Shown: positions 1 through 15,000 of the stretch, piece after piece
Numbering within the stretch: the stretch's first letter is position 1
Layout: each line of letters starts with the position of its first letter
Source: Candidatus Aceula meridiana
Lineage (GTDB): Bacteria > Omnitrophota > Gorgyraeia > Zapsychrales > Aceulaceae
Reading direction: 5' to 3'
DNA length: 64,000 nucleotides
Assembly: GCA_030765185.1 (NCBI GenBank)
Contig: JAVCDE010000026.1
Coordinates: 17,276-81,275, forward strand
Program-made: the position numbers and the translations under genes
Notes under the pieces: model-generated
What the model was told of the DNA's origin: nothing
Seen by the model: the letters and a program-made list of their open reading frames with translations, nothing else
Databases searched by the model: none

Positions 1-3000
1 GTAGAAAAACAACTTACTCTTTTAGACCAACTCGAAGCGATAAGGCGTCATATCTCAAGAACACTGGGTGAAGAGGTTGCTCTTAATCAGATCTTCAGCC
101 AGGTTGTTATTCCAGACTTATCTGCTAAGGCACGTGAATCTTTAAGAAATGACCCAGAGGGAAGCAGGGTTGAGATAAAAAGTAAAGCATTAGCTGAAAA
201 ATTAAGAAAAGCACTTGAGAAGGGTGAGGCACAAGTAAGCAAATACTTAGAAGGCGCACAGCCAGAGGTAACTGCGGAACATATTCAAATTTTGGAGTCT
301 CAAGGGATAGAAGTTCTTAAGGTTCCTGAAGACAAGATAACAGGAATTGATAAGAGAAAGCCTCTCTACGACAATGATTACTTAGCAACGCTTCTGCTTA
401 ATGTTGGGAAGATAACTGTGAAGAATACAGCGTCTTCCGGAAGTTTAATCAAAAAATCAACAACGCTGCTAACAACAAAGGAATTGAAGCGAATCGATAG
501 AAAGTATAAAGAAATTCTTGCTGTCTATAACGAGAAGGGCGAATTTCATGGCAACAAGAAGAGAGGGGAAATTTATAGCGAGGCAGGTAATTTTGTCAAA
601 ATAGCTGATGTTATTGCGTTCGGATCCAATGGTTTTGTTTTGCAGAGGAGAAGTAAGCCGCAATCTCCCGCAACATTGTCTGTCCACGGAGGGCATGTAG
701 AGCTTGGAGATTGTCCTGTTGAGGCCGCCGTCAGAGAAGTAGAGGAAGAAATCGGCATAGCGATAGACCCTTCTAGGTTGATCCAGGTGGGAGAAGGCGA
801 CTTGATGTTTAAGATGCTTGAAAATGATGCAGTAGAAAATCCTCATATTGATGAACAAGGGCGATATATTTCCAACTCGGGAGTGAAGGGAAGAATTGTT
901 AATCGATTTATGGCCGTTTATGTTTTATTTATGACGCGAGAAGAAATAGAGAAAGCAAAGCAATATGTCGCAAGTAGAAAGGCTAAAAATCTCAGCGATG
1001 TCGATGTCCGCAACGAAGTCAGTGAGATCGTTGAGAAGAATATAGAGGAGCTCATTGAGGATGTAGCGATTTCTCCAGCGGAGTATGCTACAGGTATTCG
1101 GTATTATTTAACGTGGCAGAGATCGTTAAGTCTTATTCAGAAAATCATTAAAGGCACGGAAACAGCAAGATTAATTAAAAAAGATATAAATTGTGATATT
1201 GCAAGACAAGCTGGAGAAGCGGAAGAGGCGTCCTCAAATATTTTATGTATATGCAATTCTAATTTTAATCGTAGTCCAGCGATAGAGCTAGTATTTGATT
1301 ATTTAATTAAAACAGCAGGCATGATTGACAAGCTGTTAGTTGATTCAGGGGCAGTAGAGCAGGAAAGCAAATTTGGCTGGGGAGGTGTTAACGAAACACT
1401 TGCTGATGCTTTTAGAGCGCAATTTAATGTTGAACCAAAGAGGATACTATCAGAACCGCTATCTTTAGAACAGATAAGAGAAGCCCATATTATTGTTATA
1501 GCAACAAATAAAATTAGACAGAAAGTACAGGGTAGATTTGCTGGTGAGTTAGGGAAGAAGAAGATATTTGTTATGGAAGAGCTAGAACAGCAGATGGACA
1601 TTGTTGAATTCAGAAATAGTCCAAACGATGATGCGTCAATTTTATTTAAATATTGCCAGATTATTGATGCGATGATTTGGCCTTTGATCATTCAGTCGCA
1701 GCAGAAACCAGGGGTATTGTCAAATGAAGATCTTGCGATAAAGGTTAAGCGCGATCGTTTATTATTGTATTTGAAGAAAACACCGTTAAAGGAGGAATTA
1801 GCTGTTTCTGAATTATCAAAAAGATTTGATATTCATGAAAATGTGATAAGAGCAATGATTCGCGAGAATTTTAAGTATCCAGAGAGCTCAGACTCTTATT
1901 TGGATGTACTGACTGAGGGTGGCAAATCAACAGATAAGGTTAAATTATTTACTGCTATCCATAGGGATGGGGATTGGCATTTAGGGATACAGGTTATACT
2001 GATAACTTCTGAAGGAGAATTCGTATTATTCAAACGCCCTAGCGGGAAATTTGGGTTTATTGGTGGACATGTTGATGTTGGAGAGGAATCAAAAGTAGCA
2101 GGAATACGAGAAACGATAGAAGAAACTTCGCTTACGGTTGTTGATCAAAAAAGGATCATTCGTGTTGGAAGATTTAAAAAGGAAGGAATTCTTGGTATCG
2201 CGGGAATTAAGCTTAATGATTTCTCAGAATTTCCAACAGTTAATATTTCGCTTAAGGGTACGGAAAAGAATGTCGATCTTGAGGATATTTATGTTTATAT
2301 GCTGAACAGAAAAGAATATAGACAATTGCAGAAGATGGCTGATGAACAAGATGCTTTGAAAGTTAGTGAAGGGGAGCTTTCTGGATTAACAACCGAGTCT
2401 TTTGAAGAAATAAGCGATGGGCTGCAGCATAGAGCTGAAAGATATTCTATTGGCAGTCAGATGGTTTTTAAGGTTGCTTCTATAAAGAAAGGTTTAAAAG
2501 ATATAGCAGGGGCACTTGTTCAGAAGGAAATTATTAATAAAGATAGAAAATCAAACGAAGATTTCTCATCGTCAATTAATAATTTAGAGAAAAATTCCGT
2601 AGGATATACAAGATTAATGCAGAAGTTCTGGTCTTTGTTTACTAATAGCATTAAGGACGGGATTTCTAAGGAAGATCTAGCCTTCTTTAAAACAAGACGT
2701 AATCTAGAAACAGGTAAGTTGATTAATATATATTGTGCTTCTTATTCTTTTTGGATTGATGCAAAAACAGAAATTGGTATTAAATTATCAGATTTCCAGA
2801 AAAAGATGATGAAGGTGCTTCCAGCTGATTTGCAAAATAAGATAGTCTTATTTAAAAATTTTCATATAACGATTGCGGTGCCACTACGCGACATAGATAG
2901 TCCTTATTCAGAAGAAACAATTAATTTTATTGCTAATGATTTAGATGGGATTGCCTCAGAAGTAAAGAGTACTGAGTTTGACATCGTAGGATTAAATGCA

Positions 3001-6000
3001 TTTCCGGGAGGCATCTTATTTGCTCAAGCTTATCCTGTTTATGATAATAATGGAGAATTTGAATTGGATAAATTCGAAGAGGCAGTGAACCAGAGAAGCC
3101 CGCATGCTTTGCATTACGAGTCAAATGTCTTTCACATAACGCTTGGTTTCTTAAAAGATAAATTAACACCCAAGCAATCAGCAGAATTTGTTGATTCTTT
3201 AGCTAAATTGCGCACTTCTCCGATAGGTAAATTAAGAGTAACCGAAATGCAGCTTGATTATTACAACAATTTACTTATTCCGGAAAAAATATTAAAGAAA
3301 TATTCGTTATCGTCATCAGGTATTAGAGAAAACAGCAAAAACTTCAAACCGTTTGAGAAAATCACGGAAGACGCAGTAACGATTGATGTCCTTTATCAAA
3401 GACCGGGTCAAAACTTTCAGCAAGTGCCCCAGGTAAAAATACCTTCTTATAAGGATACTAAGAATGGGAAATTATCGTCAGCTACTGAAGCTCTAGGCAG
3501 AGAAGGATATTCAAGAGATGAAGAATTCTTAACACAGAAAAGCAAGAACGCGGAGTCGACAGAGGAAAGATCCAGGCAAGAGCCGTTGTCTTCATCTCGA
3601 GGCAATTCACCGGTTGAGTCTGCGCCGAATATGCCTATCTCAACACCGGTTAAAATCAATGCGCCTATAACGCCGATACTGCTTATGCCATCTGTGGTAT
3701 CTAGCGCAGCATTCTTGTTGAGCCGAAACGCAAAGAACGGTAAAGCAGATATGCCGATAGGCATTTTAGGAAATGGTCTTGCCGAATGGTTCGCTGAAAA
3801 TAATAACAGTGCACCAAACGTAATCAGAAATAAAAATATTGATAAAAACGAGCCGTTGTCAGTTGCTTTTTCCTCCCGTGGCGGGATATTAAGCAGATTT
3901 AAAAAGACAGCGGCTCTTCTATTTATACGGGCGGCTCTTCTTTCTATAGAAAAGCTAGCACAAAAGCCGTTGTCAGTTGCTTTTTCCTCCCGTGGCGGGA
4001 TATTAAGCAGCTTTAAAAAGACAACGGCTTTTTTATTTATAAGGGCGACTCTTCTTTTCATAGAAAAGTTAGCACAAAAGCCGCTGTCAAGACAGCTCTC
4101 CTCCCGTGGCGGGAACGAGCTTGAGGCAGCGGCATCTTCTATTGTTCAAAAAACAATCATTGTTGCCTCAATCATCCTTTCTTTAATCTTCTTGACCCCG
4201 ACTGCAACGCCAGCACAGGCACAAACAGAAAGCTATTCTATCGAAAACGTTGACTATTTAACTGAAGCAGATGAACAAAAACTTTCTGTGGCTATTAGCG
4301 AAATAGGGTATCCGCAAGATTTTCAAGAATTTTATGCTGCTGGCTTTGAGCAAGTTCTTGCCGATATCGATGCTTATGAATTAGGTCGTAGATGGCAAGA
4401 GTCTGATATCGATGGCTATAAAGATATTATGAAAGATTTCCGAAAGCGCATGCGCAAGAATGATTACTTCCAAAGAACCTATCCTTTAAGCAATAAGCCT
4501 CGCAATCCGTTTGTACAAAAATGGGCAAATGCTTTGCGTCTAGAGGAAGGACATATCTTTGATGTTGTCAAAGCCACTGAACTCGGGCGTGTAGACCAGA
4601 CTGAACAATTTAAAGATTATCGACTTCATAGATGGCAGAATCATGTTCTCTATTTTATGTTGAAAGTGTGGGGCATCGACTTTGATGTCGTAGCAACAGA
4701 GAAATATTATGTTTACCTTATTGAGCGAGATCGAACAAAAGATACTCTTGCCCCAGAGCTAACGCATCTTTATCTTGATGGCTACGAGGGGGTTTTAGGC
4801 GCAGTGAACCTAGAAGACGAAGTCTATACTCTTAAGGGGCAGCAATGGATAAGCGATATTACTGTTTCAAAAAAGACCTTTTGCGAGAATACAGCCATGC
4901 TTGCTACGCCACCACTTAGAGGTTTCTTTTTTACTCCATATTATTTTCATTATGGCCAGAACGAATCTGACTTCTTAAAAGCAGACATGTATTTCGGTTA
5001 TGCGTTTGCTTATCTTAATGCTGAGAAATATAGTAAAGGAATTGAATATCTTACTCGAGGACTTAGACTAAATCCGTTTGTCAAAGATCGGTGGATTGAG
5101 CTTGCACGTATTTATCGATATTTAGCATGGCTAAAGACGAGAGGAAAATATCAAACTCAAGAGTCCTCAGAGTCTTTATATAAAAAAGCTGCTGCAGCTT
5201 ATAACGAAGCCATTGAGCTTGATCCATATGACTTAACAAAAGTTTTTGAATTAGCAGAAGACGTTTATTTAGAAATAGGGGAGATTGAAAAAGCAGAAGA
5301 ATGTTTTGCTAAAGCGATCATGCTCGATATGCGCGTTAAATATCGGATGGAGCGGTTAGTTAAAAAAGCGGAGAAAGATCAAAAGAAAAAAGACCAAAAG
5401 GTGAATAATAAGGCTTCATCGAATAATGAAACAAAGTTAAATCTACTTCAAGCTTTCATTAATAGCGAGGATGTTTCAAAGTTCCTCCCTCTCAAGCTTC
5501 GAAACATTGAACAAAGAAGTAACAGCGGCATCATCTCCAGCGCCTGTGAATCGCTTTCTTTGGCAATTTCAAAAGAAAAAAATAAATCTTCATCGAATTC
5601 AATTTTAAAAACTGATGTTATAATAAATTTAAACACGTCAAGCTGGGGAGATTTACCAGACCGTCTTACCTCGTCCGTGGCTGGTGGGGGGCGGTTTACC
5701 CCGGCTTGGCGTGTTTCTTCTTCAGCGGCCTCAAGTGCGCAAAACGCTAGAAAATTCAACAAAGAACTTGAGATTTTTTGGGATATTTATCAAGCACTTA
5801 TTAGAGCTGCACTAAAAACGAATAATCATATTTTGACCCGCCAAGAGATACGAGGATTTATTAACCATTATATCCTTGTTATCGATAAGGACAGAGACCT
5901 TGCTTCTGAATTTCTAAAAATTTTAGATATTATGGATTTTCGCCCGCCTCAGCTGTGGGATGCCTATCCGCCGGCTTGCCCTAAGGTTGAAAAACGTTTT

Positions 6001-9000
6001 TATGAATCTTTAATTATCAGGAATCCAGCGCCCTTTGTGGAAAAAGGAAAGTTAGATTTTAGCGCGGTCCTTGATTTACCTGAAGGAAGAAAAATTAGCC
6101 AGGATGAATATCATTTTCTTTCAAAGCTTCGTGGTGAAAGAAACAGCCTTTTGGTGGATCCTATTTTTATTGTTGCCCGCATTGAAAGACAGTGGGCGCT
6201 CTATAATCTGCAAGGCATGATTTGCAAGGAGGTTTTTAAAGAAAATCAAAAGACGGGAACTTTTAAAATTTTGCGAAACTCAAGATTTTTAAACGTTTTC
6301 GATACATGTTATTTTAAAAATCAGAACAGCCATCTGAATTTTGAGGCTTTACCAAATCTTTTTAGTTCGGGACAAGAAGTTCATCAAGAGATTTTCTTAT
6401 CAATGCGAAAACACCATCAGAAAGAGCTATCGTTCACTGAACTTTTATCTAATTATTTCTTAAAACCTTTTATTTTATCTCAAATTTATTTGTTTAGAAA
6501 CATTTTTGATATTCCCATTAAGCCAAAAAAGAAGATGGAAAAAGCCCTAAAAGAAATCAAGGCATCTTCAAATGCAAAAAACAACAAGATTTTTTCTCCA
6601 AAAGATATTATTCAAGCAATTAAGGAAACTGAAGAAGTTCTTCGGGAGATTTCTCGTTTTAAGGCGGTAAGGATTTCAGAGCCTAGGGCTTTTGGACTCT
6701 TAGGAGCAAAACTTAAAAGTGCAGGCCTTCAGACGGCATTGACCTTACAGATTCTCACAACTTATAGAGAAGACATCGAAAATAGCAAGAGGACGCCTAC
6801 TCAAAGCTTCTTTAAACGCATTCAATCTTTAAAATTTCGGGCTCAACATGAACTACAGTGGCGTGAAGGAAAGATAGATGACGCTTTTGAGTCCTTGCTT
6901 AGCGCTTTAGCTCTAGCTGTTGAAGTAGAAACACAGGAAGTTGTTGATGAGATGTTTCAAGAACTTCTAAATAAAATTATTGTTGAGGGCAAAGGGCAAA
7001 GCGAGGAGTTGATGCGTAGAAGGACTCAAATATTTTACGACGCTATTATTGCAGGAGAAGATAAAGATTTTAACGAAAAAGTCCTTCTTCGAGCATTAAC
7101 GGATCTAAGAAAGATTATATACACAGCAGCGATTAGTCAAAGCCAGAGTGCGATTAACCGGGTTATTCGGTTTGGACTTGTGCTTTTTATCGCTCAGAAA
7201 GAAATTAACCTTTTTGAAAAGAGCGTTGTCGATTCAAACAACATTGAAATACAAAAAGATGTTGCTGGGGCTTATGAAAACAGCGCCCGCGCTTTAATAG
7301 AGCTTGATGCAGATATCAAAGATCTTCAAAAGGCAGAGCAATATATCCAAAAAGCAGTTAAGTTGCAGCCTGAAGAAGATGCCTATAAATGCTATCTTAA
7401 CAATGTGTATCTTAAGCAGACGATTCACTATATTAACGAAGGGGAGCTTATCAAAGCTGAGAAGGCTTTTGAAAAAGCTGTTGCCGATGATTTAATTGAT
7501 GCCCTTGAGCGTCAAGATCTTGAAACAATCGGTATTGATCTATATTTAGGGGTTATTTATCTTCTTCAGGGAAAATCCATAGCTGAAATCGATGGCACCT
7601 TTGCGGAGGCTTTTGAGGCAACAGATGTTTCTATCTTGCTGAGTTATTCTGAGCGCTTAGAGTCTCGTGAAAAATTTCTGACATATCTTTCTGAAGCCAT
7701 TCAAAGAGATTTGTCCGTTGAAGCAAAAACTGCGATGGCAGAATTCTTAAAGAAAACAAGTTATTCTATAGGAGGAGCGATTATGGCCTTTCGCAAAAAG
7801 ATTAAAAATCTTTTCGCGAAAGGAAAATATGAAGAGGCAAAGGAGCATCTTACGGTTTATTTTAGCTTAGTTAGCCAAGACGCAGCGTTAAAGGATCTTG
7901 GGATAAAGATTGATAAAATTATAACAATATTGGCTAGGGCAAAAATTTCTGAGGGTTCAGAGAATGTGTCAAAGGTATTGGCTGAGTACGAGAAAGTATT
8001 GGCTATTAATCCTGCAGATGAAAATCTTGTTGAGAAGATTGCACAAATTAAAAAGAAAGAAATTGAGAGAATTGCACAGATTAAGGAGCAAGAAGAAAAA
8101 GACCAAAGAGAAGCTAAAAAAATTAATACGATTGGGATGCATTTAAGGAATGCCGGCAATCAGATTGCAGCTAAGAAATTTGACCGTGCTCAAAAGAATC
8201 TAGAAAAAGCTAGAGAGGTAATCGATAGTTTAGAAGAGCCGCAGGAGTCTTTATCTTTGCTATGGAAGAAAATTAGCGATGATCTTACGCGCAACAGAAA
8301 AGCTCCTAAGACAGTAGAGAAAGAGGTTGTAGGCGAGACTGGAAAGAGAAAGAAGCCTAGCCTTATTGTTGCTCCGAGTAACGAAGAAACCAAAACCAAC
8401 AAAGAGGAAACGACTCATCAGAAAATCAACGTTTATGCCATTGGAGCGGTCCGCACCTTATTAAAAGGAAAGGAAGAGCAAGAACAAAAAAGAATTTGGC
8501 AGGCGGTTTATTTCGAGAGAGACTTAAAGCCGGTTGAAGGGGCGAGCTTCAGTCTTTACACTGTCCGGTTTGGTAGTGTAAGAATTTTAATTATTCCACG
8601 AGAGGTAAACAAAAAAAGGAAAAGCTGGATTATTGCCGCAGTTGTTAACCGTGCAATATTAAACAATACAGCTAAATATGGGAAGATTATTTCAAATATC
8701 GGAAAGAGATGGGATGTTTATCAAAAAGATGCACGCCTTATTAAGCCTAAAAAAGACTGGGGATCTTCCTCTGCATCAATAGTTCAGGATAAAATAATTT
8801 GGATAGCAACCTATCAACAGATGGCTTCTTCTTTAGGAAGCGCGCAAATTAAAGATCAAGTTCAGGATATTGATTTTTCTTCTAATTTTTTAAACGCAGA
8901 TTGCCTTCTTTGTCAGTCTCTTGATAAGCAGGGGGCTGTCTTTTTTGCGGTTTGTGATAAAAGGATTATTGGGTATGTTATTTTAAAAGAAACAGGATTT

Positions 9001-12000
9001 ATTCCTCGCATCGCTGTCCATGAAGATTTTCATAGGCAGCATGTTGGAGCACAACTTTTTGAGTCCTGCAAAAAAAGAGCTTTAGAGCAAGGGATAAGAT
9101 CTCTTTTTCTGGATTTTTATAATCTAAACAACGCGTGTGGAAAAAGAAGAAAAGCTTTTTTTGAATCTTTAGGGATGAGCATATCCTCACTTAGTAAAAA
9201 GCAGTATCTTTTTCGGGCAAAGTATGAATTAAAGATTTCTTCAGGTGCACGTCTTATTAATCCTAAGAAAGCCTGGGTGTCTTCTGCAGCTAAAGCGCGT
9301 TCTCTACCCTTAGGAAGAAAAAGCTCAAGCTCTATATACCTTATAAACCTTTTAGGCGTAAGCCATGATACTTTGGCAAACACAGAGAATTTCTGGAACA
9401 AGATTGTTACGCTTCTCAAAGAGGACGGGGTCGCACCTGAGAAAATTAGTATTCTTAACAATTTATATGAACATATAAAAGGTTTTTATCAAGCTGATGA
9501 CATTATCTCGCACGGATATCATTGTTTATTGCATAGCTTAGAGGTTGCAGTAGATGGCTACATCGCTGGAAAAAATAAAGGTTATACTAAAGAAGAAAGA
9601 TTAGAACTTCTTGTAAGCGGGATTTTGCACGATCTTGACCCTCGCAACGGAGTCTTTAGAATTCCTAGGGTTGTAAACACAGTTGCATTTTTAGAGAGTG
9701 ACAAAATTATTCAAGGATACATCGAAGACTTAGAATTATCTTTTGAGAAAGTTATTATCAATATTCTTCGCACACATTATCCTTGGAAAGAGGGTGCGCC
9801 ACTTAAATTTATTCAAAGACTTAACAAGAGTATTAAGGGAGACGAAAAAAGAAGTCGGCAAAAAGAGATTGCTGAAACTTTGGCTCTTATAGACAAAGTT
9901 GCGGTTTACGCGCGACTTAATCCTTTGGTCGCTGAATATCGCGTGCGTCAATTAGCTAAAGAAACAAAATGCAATGCGGATGAGTTGGTTAAAAATACAT
10001 TGTTATTTTTAGAAAAAGAAATGAAAGATTTTGATGCAATGTTAGGCAATTTTTTACCATCAGAATTCACAAAGAATTTTGGTAAAACGAAAGCACATTT
10101 TGAGAAAAGAAGAGAAGAGCTATCCTCTTCAACGATTCGGCCTTCCAAAAGTTTTTCAGTTCCTAAAGCCAATTTCAAAAGGGTTGTTAAAAAAGCACAG
10201 ACTGTCTCATCTACCATTAAGGTTAAAGTTGATGAACAAGTCTCAAAGAGAGCAGAAACTCTTCATCTAGAAAAGACTTTGCACGAGGCGATTAAGCATA
10301 TTGAAGATTCTACTGGAACAATTATTCAATTAGGCTGGAAGCATTTGAATCTAGGCCTTTCCAAGAAAATAATAAAAATGGTTAGCATGCGTCAGCTTCT
10401 TTATAATCAGTATAATTTTTTACATTTTGTTTTGCCAGATGATTCTATTTGTTTGATTGAAATGGTTAACGTTCATGCTGATTGGTGGGATCATCAATGG
10501 AGGAAAAGCTTGAAGTGTTCTATTGAGCGTGCCTTAAAGCCTTTTATTGAGGATCAAAAAGGCAAGGATCAAAAAGGAAAAGAAAGACCTGTGGATATAC
10601 TAGAAGAGTTTGTGAAACAAAATCTTGAGAATATGAGCCTTGTAAATCTTAAAAACAGTCGTAGGCCTTTTGTGGTAGTTAATTTTCCTGTTGATTCTAT
10701 AGTTTCGCTAAAGAAGCTTCTTGCGAAAGATGGCGTGAGATTTCAGGACGCTGAAGATGATGATCAATTTGATGTTTGTTCGAAAGAAAGGCCTCACTGT
10801 CGTGTCGGAATCGATAGAGGCAAAAAGACAGTAATTTTTTCGCCTTCATTCTTTAAGGGTAAATCGGCGCCTTTCGATGTTTGGTTTACTACTAACTTGA
10901 TAAACGAATTTCTAGAAAAAAAGAAAGCCGTAGAAAAGAAAGAAAAATCTTTTCCAGGAAAAGGAAAGGCGTCGTCCACCGCCTTTCGAGCAGAAAAAAC
11001 AGAAAGCAAGGACAGGATTAATTTAGAGGACGTGGTTTTAAAAGATTATTTAAAGAACCATTCTAAAACCGAATTAAAGAAGGTCTTACAAGAGATAAAT
11101 TATGAGGCTTATATGGATTGGGAATTATTAATCACTGATTGGATTGAGGAAGAAGATGCGGCAGTAGACTACGGGGAAGGCAGTATTGTTTTTGCGCGGA
11201 AAAATGGAAAAGAGGTGGGATATTTTTTAAGACGAGGAAATAAATTTTCTTTTATGGCTGTCCGAGAAAATGAACGTGGCAATCGTATTGGGCCGGACAT
11301 GTTTATTTATGCATTGAACAAAGCAAAAGCCGATGGTTTTTCTATCGTTACATTTGATGTTGAATACACCAATGAGGAGCAATTACGGTCACTTGATCGA
11401 CTAAAGAAAGAAAAGAAGATATCTTTTCAAAAACAATATTTTTCTCGGGTTTTCATCTACACCGCTCGCCTTGTTTCCTCCTCAGCCAAGAGTAAAAAAG
11501 GCAAAGTGTCGTCTATTAAAGCTTGTGCAAGCTCATTAATTTTAACAGAACAAGATCTAAGGTTATCAAGGCAGCATGGACTTGGTATTCGTTACGTTAG
11601 CCCTGTTGGCGGAGAAATTGTTGAGGAAAATAAGCGCGTTGTTAATATTCTAAATCGTGAATATCCAAATTATCTTGATGAAAAGATTAATTTTATTGTT
11701 TTAACAGAGCAAAGAGCTAAAAAGTTTTCTTTAGATTCTAAAGAAATTAGAGTTGCTTTTAGTGGTCACCCGTCTCATGGCAGACAGCTATTTTATCCAT
11801 TAAGAAATAAGATAGATGATATTTATTTATATTTAGGCGCTAAGGGATGTGGTGATTTAGTTTCTAAATGCTTAACGCATTCTATCTCAAGATACAGGAA
11901 CAATGGACTAGCTTATTTAGATGATTTTCAGAATGCACAAGTTTTTACGGATATTCTTAGAATGAAAGGTGCTCGCGTTCCTTTGCATGTCGCGGCATGT

Positions 12001-15000
12001 AAGTTAGATTACATTCTTGATCAAGACGGAAATGTTATAGAAATTTCTGATGATATGCGCGCTTCTACTGCAGATCATCAAGTCGGATTTCAAAGAAAGC
12101 CAAGCCTGCATTTTATTCTTTATGATTATTACGATAGGTTGGGGTACTTAACGTATGCTGTAAAAAAAGATCCAGGGCTTTTAAAAATAAGAAAACAACT
12201 TGGGAATTTATCACAAGAACAATATTTTCTTCATATAATCAAAGAATTGGCTTATACAGAGGCTAAAAAAGTAGAACTAGGGGTCACAAAAGTTTCTTTT
12301 CATGAAAATGATATTACACTTTCTGGAATGGAAGTAGATTGGGATGAAGCTTCTTATGTAAAGGATATTGCTTTTGGTGATCCTTATTCACGTTTAACAA
12401 AAAATATGGAGGAAAAGAAATTTTATAGAAAATATGGATTTCTTTTGTTTGACTATAGAAGAAAATTAGAAATCTTGCAGAGATTTCAAATTTCATTAAC
12501 AGAACACGCTTTATTCAAAATTTCGAATATAAATGTGCAGCAAGAATTTTATCGTACGTTTTTAGATAGTTTAAGTTTAGATATGCGCCGCAGGGTTATC
12601 GCTGCGACTTCATCAAATATTAAAATAAAAACTGCTACAAGCGACGATATTCCATTCATTTTATCTCAATTCAGAAAAAGAATTAAGTCGTGGAGTCAAG
12701 TAAAGATGAATTATAAAAAGGATAATTCTAAGAATTTTTTCAGCTCACCATTAGCATTGAGTAATATACGAAGCGTTTTTTATTCGGTGAAAGAGATTTT
12801 TGGTGAAAAAATGCCCTGTAAAGAACAAAATCGACCAATGTTGCCTTTTGATTCAAAAAGTCTGCCTATTCTTTTTTCTGTTAGCCCCATTGTTTTAGTG
12901 CCGCTGATACTTGTTTCCGGTGTCAGCGTTGCTGTGATGGCAAAAAGTGCATTAAGTATTGCTATTATTTTTGGTATTCTTGGTTTTATTGTGTTACTTC
13001 GAGAATGGTTTGCTCAAATGAGGGCTGCACCAAATTCAAAAGAAATTTTATATGTTATGGTCTTAAATGAGCCGCTGATGCACAAATCGCCTTCCCGTGG
13101 CGGGGAGATTTCGTCAGCGGCTCATTTGTTTGCAAGGGCTTTTTCTGCAGCTTCTTCAGCCGTATCTGCTCCAAGAGCTTCTTCTACTGCTAAGCTGAAG
13201 AAAAAGAAAAACACTTTTGACTATCATTGCTTTTTTGATGTTTTAGGTATGCCAAAGTATTTTCAAGAAAATCCAGAGTCGTACAATATCATTAATTATA
13301 TGAATTACACCATTCAAGCGCTGCGTACGCCAGAGAATTTTAAAGGTAAAGTTGCTAGAATCCTTTCTTTATTGAATAGAACTTCAGAGGAATCTTTGGG
13401 TTATCTTGAGTCTGTGGCTAAGGATATTTATGCGCCTTTAGCTAATCGCGTTGGTTTTTTAGAAATTGCTGAACAGATCAAAGATTCTATTTTTAAAGCC
13501 CGTTTTCCAGATTTATGGCTTAAGTCTGAGCGTCAGATTCTTCAGGCTTTAGGAGGTATAAGCCGCGAGGAAGCAAACCGTTATCTTTTAGAAGTTAGTA
13601 ATAAGATTAAATCAAGGTTAAAGGAATTGGGTGTTGAGGTTGAAGCGGTTTATTTGAGAGTTAAAGGGGCGAGCTCTGGCTATGAAAAGGTTAAAAACAA
13701 AAGGGGCGACAAGACTTCGTATAATAAAATTGCAAGATTGCAAGATTTATTTGGTCTTCATATTATTTTAAAAAATAATGATGATTACTGGAAAGTTGCC
13801 GGACTTTTATTAGGCTGGGACAGTACTATGGCTCCATATCAAGATCTAGGAGGCGAGTTAGACGTGCAACAAACAGAAGAAAAAAGGCGCTTTAAAGGTG
13901 ATAAGTATGATGCGTATCATTTTGGCATTAAGATTCCTGTGTCTCCCAAGGCTAAAGAAAAAAGAAAATTTGTTATGATGGAGATAAAACTTTTTGATCC
14001 TGATAAGTATCTATATTTTCGATATAGTCAAGAAATTGCCGCATGGATTTATGAGCTAACCCGGCGTTATCCGAATCAAGAATTTCTTTCAGGTGGCCTA
14101 ACCCTAATGTCAAGTGATCCGGAGAAAAACTTTAAAAATCTTTATTTTTATTTTAAGAATTGGATTTATTTTTTCTTTGTTCAGGACAATAATCTTGACG
14201 ATTGCTGCATTTTAAAACCTGCAGGACTTAAAAAAGGCGTTATTATGGCAGATGTTTTGGGCTTGCTCGGAGTTGATGAGTTTTTGGCTCTTACGCAGAG
14301 TGAGCCTGTTTTACGGGAAGGTATGAATCAAAAGGATCATGCACTGCTTTCTGGTTTTAGTTTTGGACAAATGATTCGAAAAAATCAGGATCCAGATGTA
14401 AAGAAATTTAATAAGACCGTCATCCAAGAGCTTAGGGTGGGAGATTTTCTTCAGGTTGATCCTATGAGAAGGGCAGAATTTACTGATCAAGAAAAAAAGA
14501 AAATAAGTGAAAAAGCAAGACATTTAAGGACTCTCCTAAGACTCCAGCTTAAACCTGGAGATTTTTATAACATGTCTTTCCCGAGTAATGAGAGGCAGAA
14601 AAAAGCGACTCTTGGCATAATAAAGTTAACCAAGGCAGGCGAGGACAGAGTAGTGTACAAGTTTTTATTTAGAGATGAAATTGCGCAAGCCGTAGGTTTT
14701 AATGATGGGATTTATATGTGTGCTGTTTTTGGTCTTTGTGAAGTCTCTATAACGACTGAAGTTGCTAAGCAGGCGATTGAGGGAAAACCATGGCTTATGT
14801 CTAGGGTTGTAACCATTAAGGCAAAGGGTGGACAAGCTAAGAAGACTTTCGTGGAGCTGACGTTAAGCCTTGATTATGATTATTCTGAATTAATGAAAGC
14901 TGTTGTTAGCGTTGTTGCTCAAGTTGGAGCCGAGATTTTCGACAGTCAATATTTTGGAAAAAAAGTTAAGATGACGATATCGATTCTTGAAGAAAATATT

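Noticed and set aside
3447-4061. 204-aa minus-strand ORF overlapping the SRGG tandem repeats
   Set aside because: Antisense to the giant ORF and itself repeat-derived (the same peptide appears twice). A shadow ORF.
3849-4125. Possible CRISPR array or VNTR, given near-identical ~120-nt tandem units
   Set aside because: The units are directly adjacent with no unique spacers, are in-frame and encode a protein repeat inside the giant ORF. There is no leader or cas context.
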